A stretch of DNA of 36,894 nucleotides from an uncultured Desulfobacteraceae bacterium (GTDB lineage: Bacteria; Desulfobacterota; DSM-4660; Desulfatiglandales; Desulfatiglandaceae): NCBI GenBank assembly GCA_964513115.1, contig CAZENC010000001.1, forward strand, positions 1 to 36,894. Reading direction: 5' to 3'. The notes under the pieces were generated by a model. The model ran no database searches and had not been told where the DNA came from. It worked only from the letters and a program-made list of their open reading frames with translations. A program made the position numbers and the translations under genes. Shown here one piece after another: positions 35,252-36,894 of the stretch. The first letter of the stretch is position 1, and every line of letters starts with the position of its first letter.

Positions 35252-36277
35252 ATGACAAACACGGACATCAAAATACAGGACATCGGAGAATTCGGGTTCA
35301 TCCGATCTATCATGGACAACTGCCACTTTTCTTCTGAAAAACTTGTCAAGGGCATAGGCGACGACTGTGCAGTTATAGGACCCTATGAAGACAAGTTATT
35401 CCTGATTACTACCGATCTACTGGTAGAAGATGTTCACTTCACATGGGGAAAAATTTCACCGGAACACCTCGGGCAAAAGGCAGTCGCCGTAAACCTTAGC
35501 GATATTGCAGCCATGGGCGGAAAAGCGATTCACCTGTTTCTGTCCCTGGCCATTCCCAAATCCACACGTGTTAAGGATCTCCATTCCATTTATAGGGGAA
35601 TTAAGACAATGTGCGAGCGTTACGGGGTAAACATCCTGGGCGGAGATACATCTGCCTCACCGGATAGGCTGATGATTAATGTAAGCGTACTGGGTGAAGT
35701 GAATGAAAAGGAAGTGCTATACCGTGATGGTGCCAGACCGGGTGACGGCATATACGTTACCGGAACCCTGGGAGACTCAGCCGCCGGGCTGAAGCTACTA
35801 AAAAGAGAGCTTTCCGCACCCGAGACCTTGGCCAACTCCCTGATAAAGACACACAACCTTCCTGTCCCCTGTCTGGAAACCGGTCGTATGATCGCCCGAA
35901 CCCGTATGGCCTCTGCAATGATCGATCTGAGCGATGGGCTTCTGGCTGATCTCCGGCACATCTGTGAGGCAAGCGATGCAGGCGCAAACCTCTATCATTC
36001 TGGCCTACCCCTTTCACCAGAGCTAGAAGCTCTGTCAGAAATAAACAACTTTGACCCCCATGACCTCGCACTTTCGGGAGGAGAAGATTACCGCCTCCTT
36101 GTTACCGTTCCCCGGAAATACGCTTCGTCATTTCAAAAAACTTTTGAAACAGAAAAACTTGCCCATATCTATCTTATAGGCGAGATCACGAGACCGAACC
36201 GGATTACAGTTCTCATGCCGGATGGAATAGAAAAACAGCTTGATACAAAGGGATTTGAGCACTTTATCAGCCCGTGA
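35252..36277 (+). CDS. thiL: thiamine-monophosphate kinase
   Basis: IGEFGFI, GIGDDCAV, TTDLLVEDVHF and GGDTS motifs of ThiL (AIR-synthase-related fold). Confidence 0.9.
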   Translation: MTNTDIKIQDIGEFGFIRSIMDNCHFSSEKLVKGIGDDCAVIGPYEDKLFLITTDLLVEDVHFTWGKISPEHLGQKAVAVNLSDIAAMGGKAIHLFLSLAIPKSTRVKDLHSIYRGIKTMCERYGVNILGGDTSASPDRLMINVSVLGEVNEKEVLYRDGARPGDGIYVTGTLGDSAAGLKLLKRELSAPETLANSLIKTHNLPVPCLETGRMIARTRMASAMIDLSDGLLADLRHICEASDAGANLYHSGLPLSPELEALSEINNFDPHDLALSGGEDYRLLVTVPRKYASSFQKTFETEKLAHIYLIGEITRPNRITVLMPDGIEKQLDTKGFEHFISP

Positions 36278-36894
36278 TCAGGACGTACCGTGCTGAACTT
36301 TGAATTCCAGAAGTGCACCATCCACGAAATCCTTCAACCTGACCGCTTCTTCCCGATTAATTCTCGATATACCGGCTGATAGCCTCAGGTAATCCAAAAA
36401 CTGGTTATCAAACCCTAACAGATGAGTGTATGGTGCCTCATTTCCAGGTGGCAAAACCATTTTCAGCTTACCTGCAAGGCGGGCCGAAAATGTTTCAAAT
36501 CTGGCACAAAATGATTCGGCCTTCAGCACATGGACATTGTCCTCTGTCACAAGCTGACCGAGGAGATAGGCGTTGGCCCGGGGACTCGCCTGTGTTAAAA
36601 AGAATGGATAAGACCTGAAAAAAGATCCCCTCGTCATGACCCTTCCTTTTTCATGCACGGCTACCAGGTTCAGAAGATCAGCGCCCCAGTCCATCATTTT
36701 AAAGAGCGGGTTAAGCTTTCTGCTGGAATAGGAAAAGGAATCAAGATCATCTGAAAGGTGAGGCCAGAATTCCTGTTCTCTGATCCCTAATTCGAGGAAG
36801 ACCTTTGCCTCCGGGCAGCTCTCTCTTTCGCATTTTTTACCATAATCAACGCGAAAACGGAGGTCCACCCCTTCATTTCGGGCTGGATGTAGAA
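36278..36894 (-). CDS. hypothetical protein (the frame stays open to the window end, so the N-terminus may lie outside)
   Basis: Long ORF convergent with thiL with zero spacer (TGA/TCA back to back). No stop in frame between the GTG at 36868 and the window edge. No family recognised. Confidence 0.5.
   Translation of the reverse strand, partial: LHPARNEGVDLRFRVDYGKKCERESCPEAKVFLELGIREQEFWPHLSDDLDSFSYSSRKLNPLFKMMDWGADLLNLVAVHEKGRVMTRGSFFRSYPFFLTQASPRANAYLLGQLVTEDNVHVLKAESFCARFETFSARLAGKLKMVLPPGNEAPYTHLLGFDNQFLDYLRLSAGISRINREEAVRLKDFVDGALLEFKVQHGTS

Overview
36.9-kb chromosomal segment from a Gram-negative bacterium. Gene content and moderate GC would fit a Desulfobacterota/deltaproteobacterial-type genome, but this cannot be proven from the sequence alone. 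Most of the window is housekeeping: ftsH (3' end)-folP-coaX; ldcA-mfd-ppiC-surA; rodZ-tyrS; rpoH; TPR and DUF4292-like lipoproteins; thiL. Accessory-looking parts are listed below.

- A minus-strand block of small-molecule-modifying enzymes at 2.4-6.8 kb.
- A small toxin-antitoxin islet at 6.9-8.6 kb. One module is intact (HTH-Doc); the other two are antitoxins next to decayed toxin genes.
- An LPS-core/O-antigen-type glycan cluster at 21.9-28.9 kb: three glycosyltransferases, an O-antigen-ligase-like protein and three SAM methyltransferases.
- A nagB-glmM-beta-helix amino-sugar operon at 28.9-32.6 kb, divergent from rapZ.

The feature that annotation explains least is the 357-bp convergent spacer after rapZ (33917-34273). 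It holds a GC-rich set of nested helices about 140-165 nt long, a rod-like RNA candidate, with two perfect 20-bp direct repeats: one about 70 bp upstream of the rod, the other overlapping its 3' end. Next to it is an uncharacterised wHTH-nucleotidyltransferase-like gene. A second multi-hairpin, terminator-capped RNA candidate follows surA (15505-15634).

Other oddities:
- ldcA has no canonical start codon.
- A C12 homopolymer lies inside a lipoprotein gene.
- rodZ contains an in-frame 81-bp tandem duplication.

I found no rRNA, tRNA, CRISPR array, transposase or integrase.
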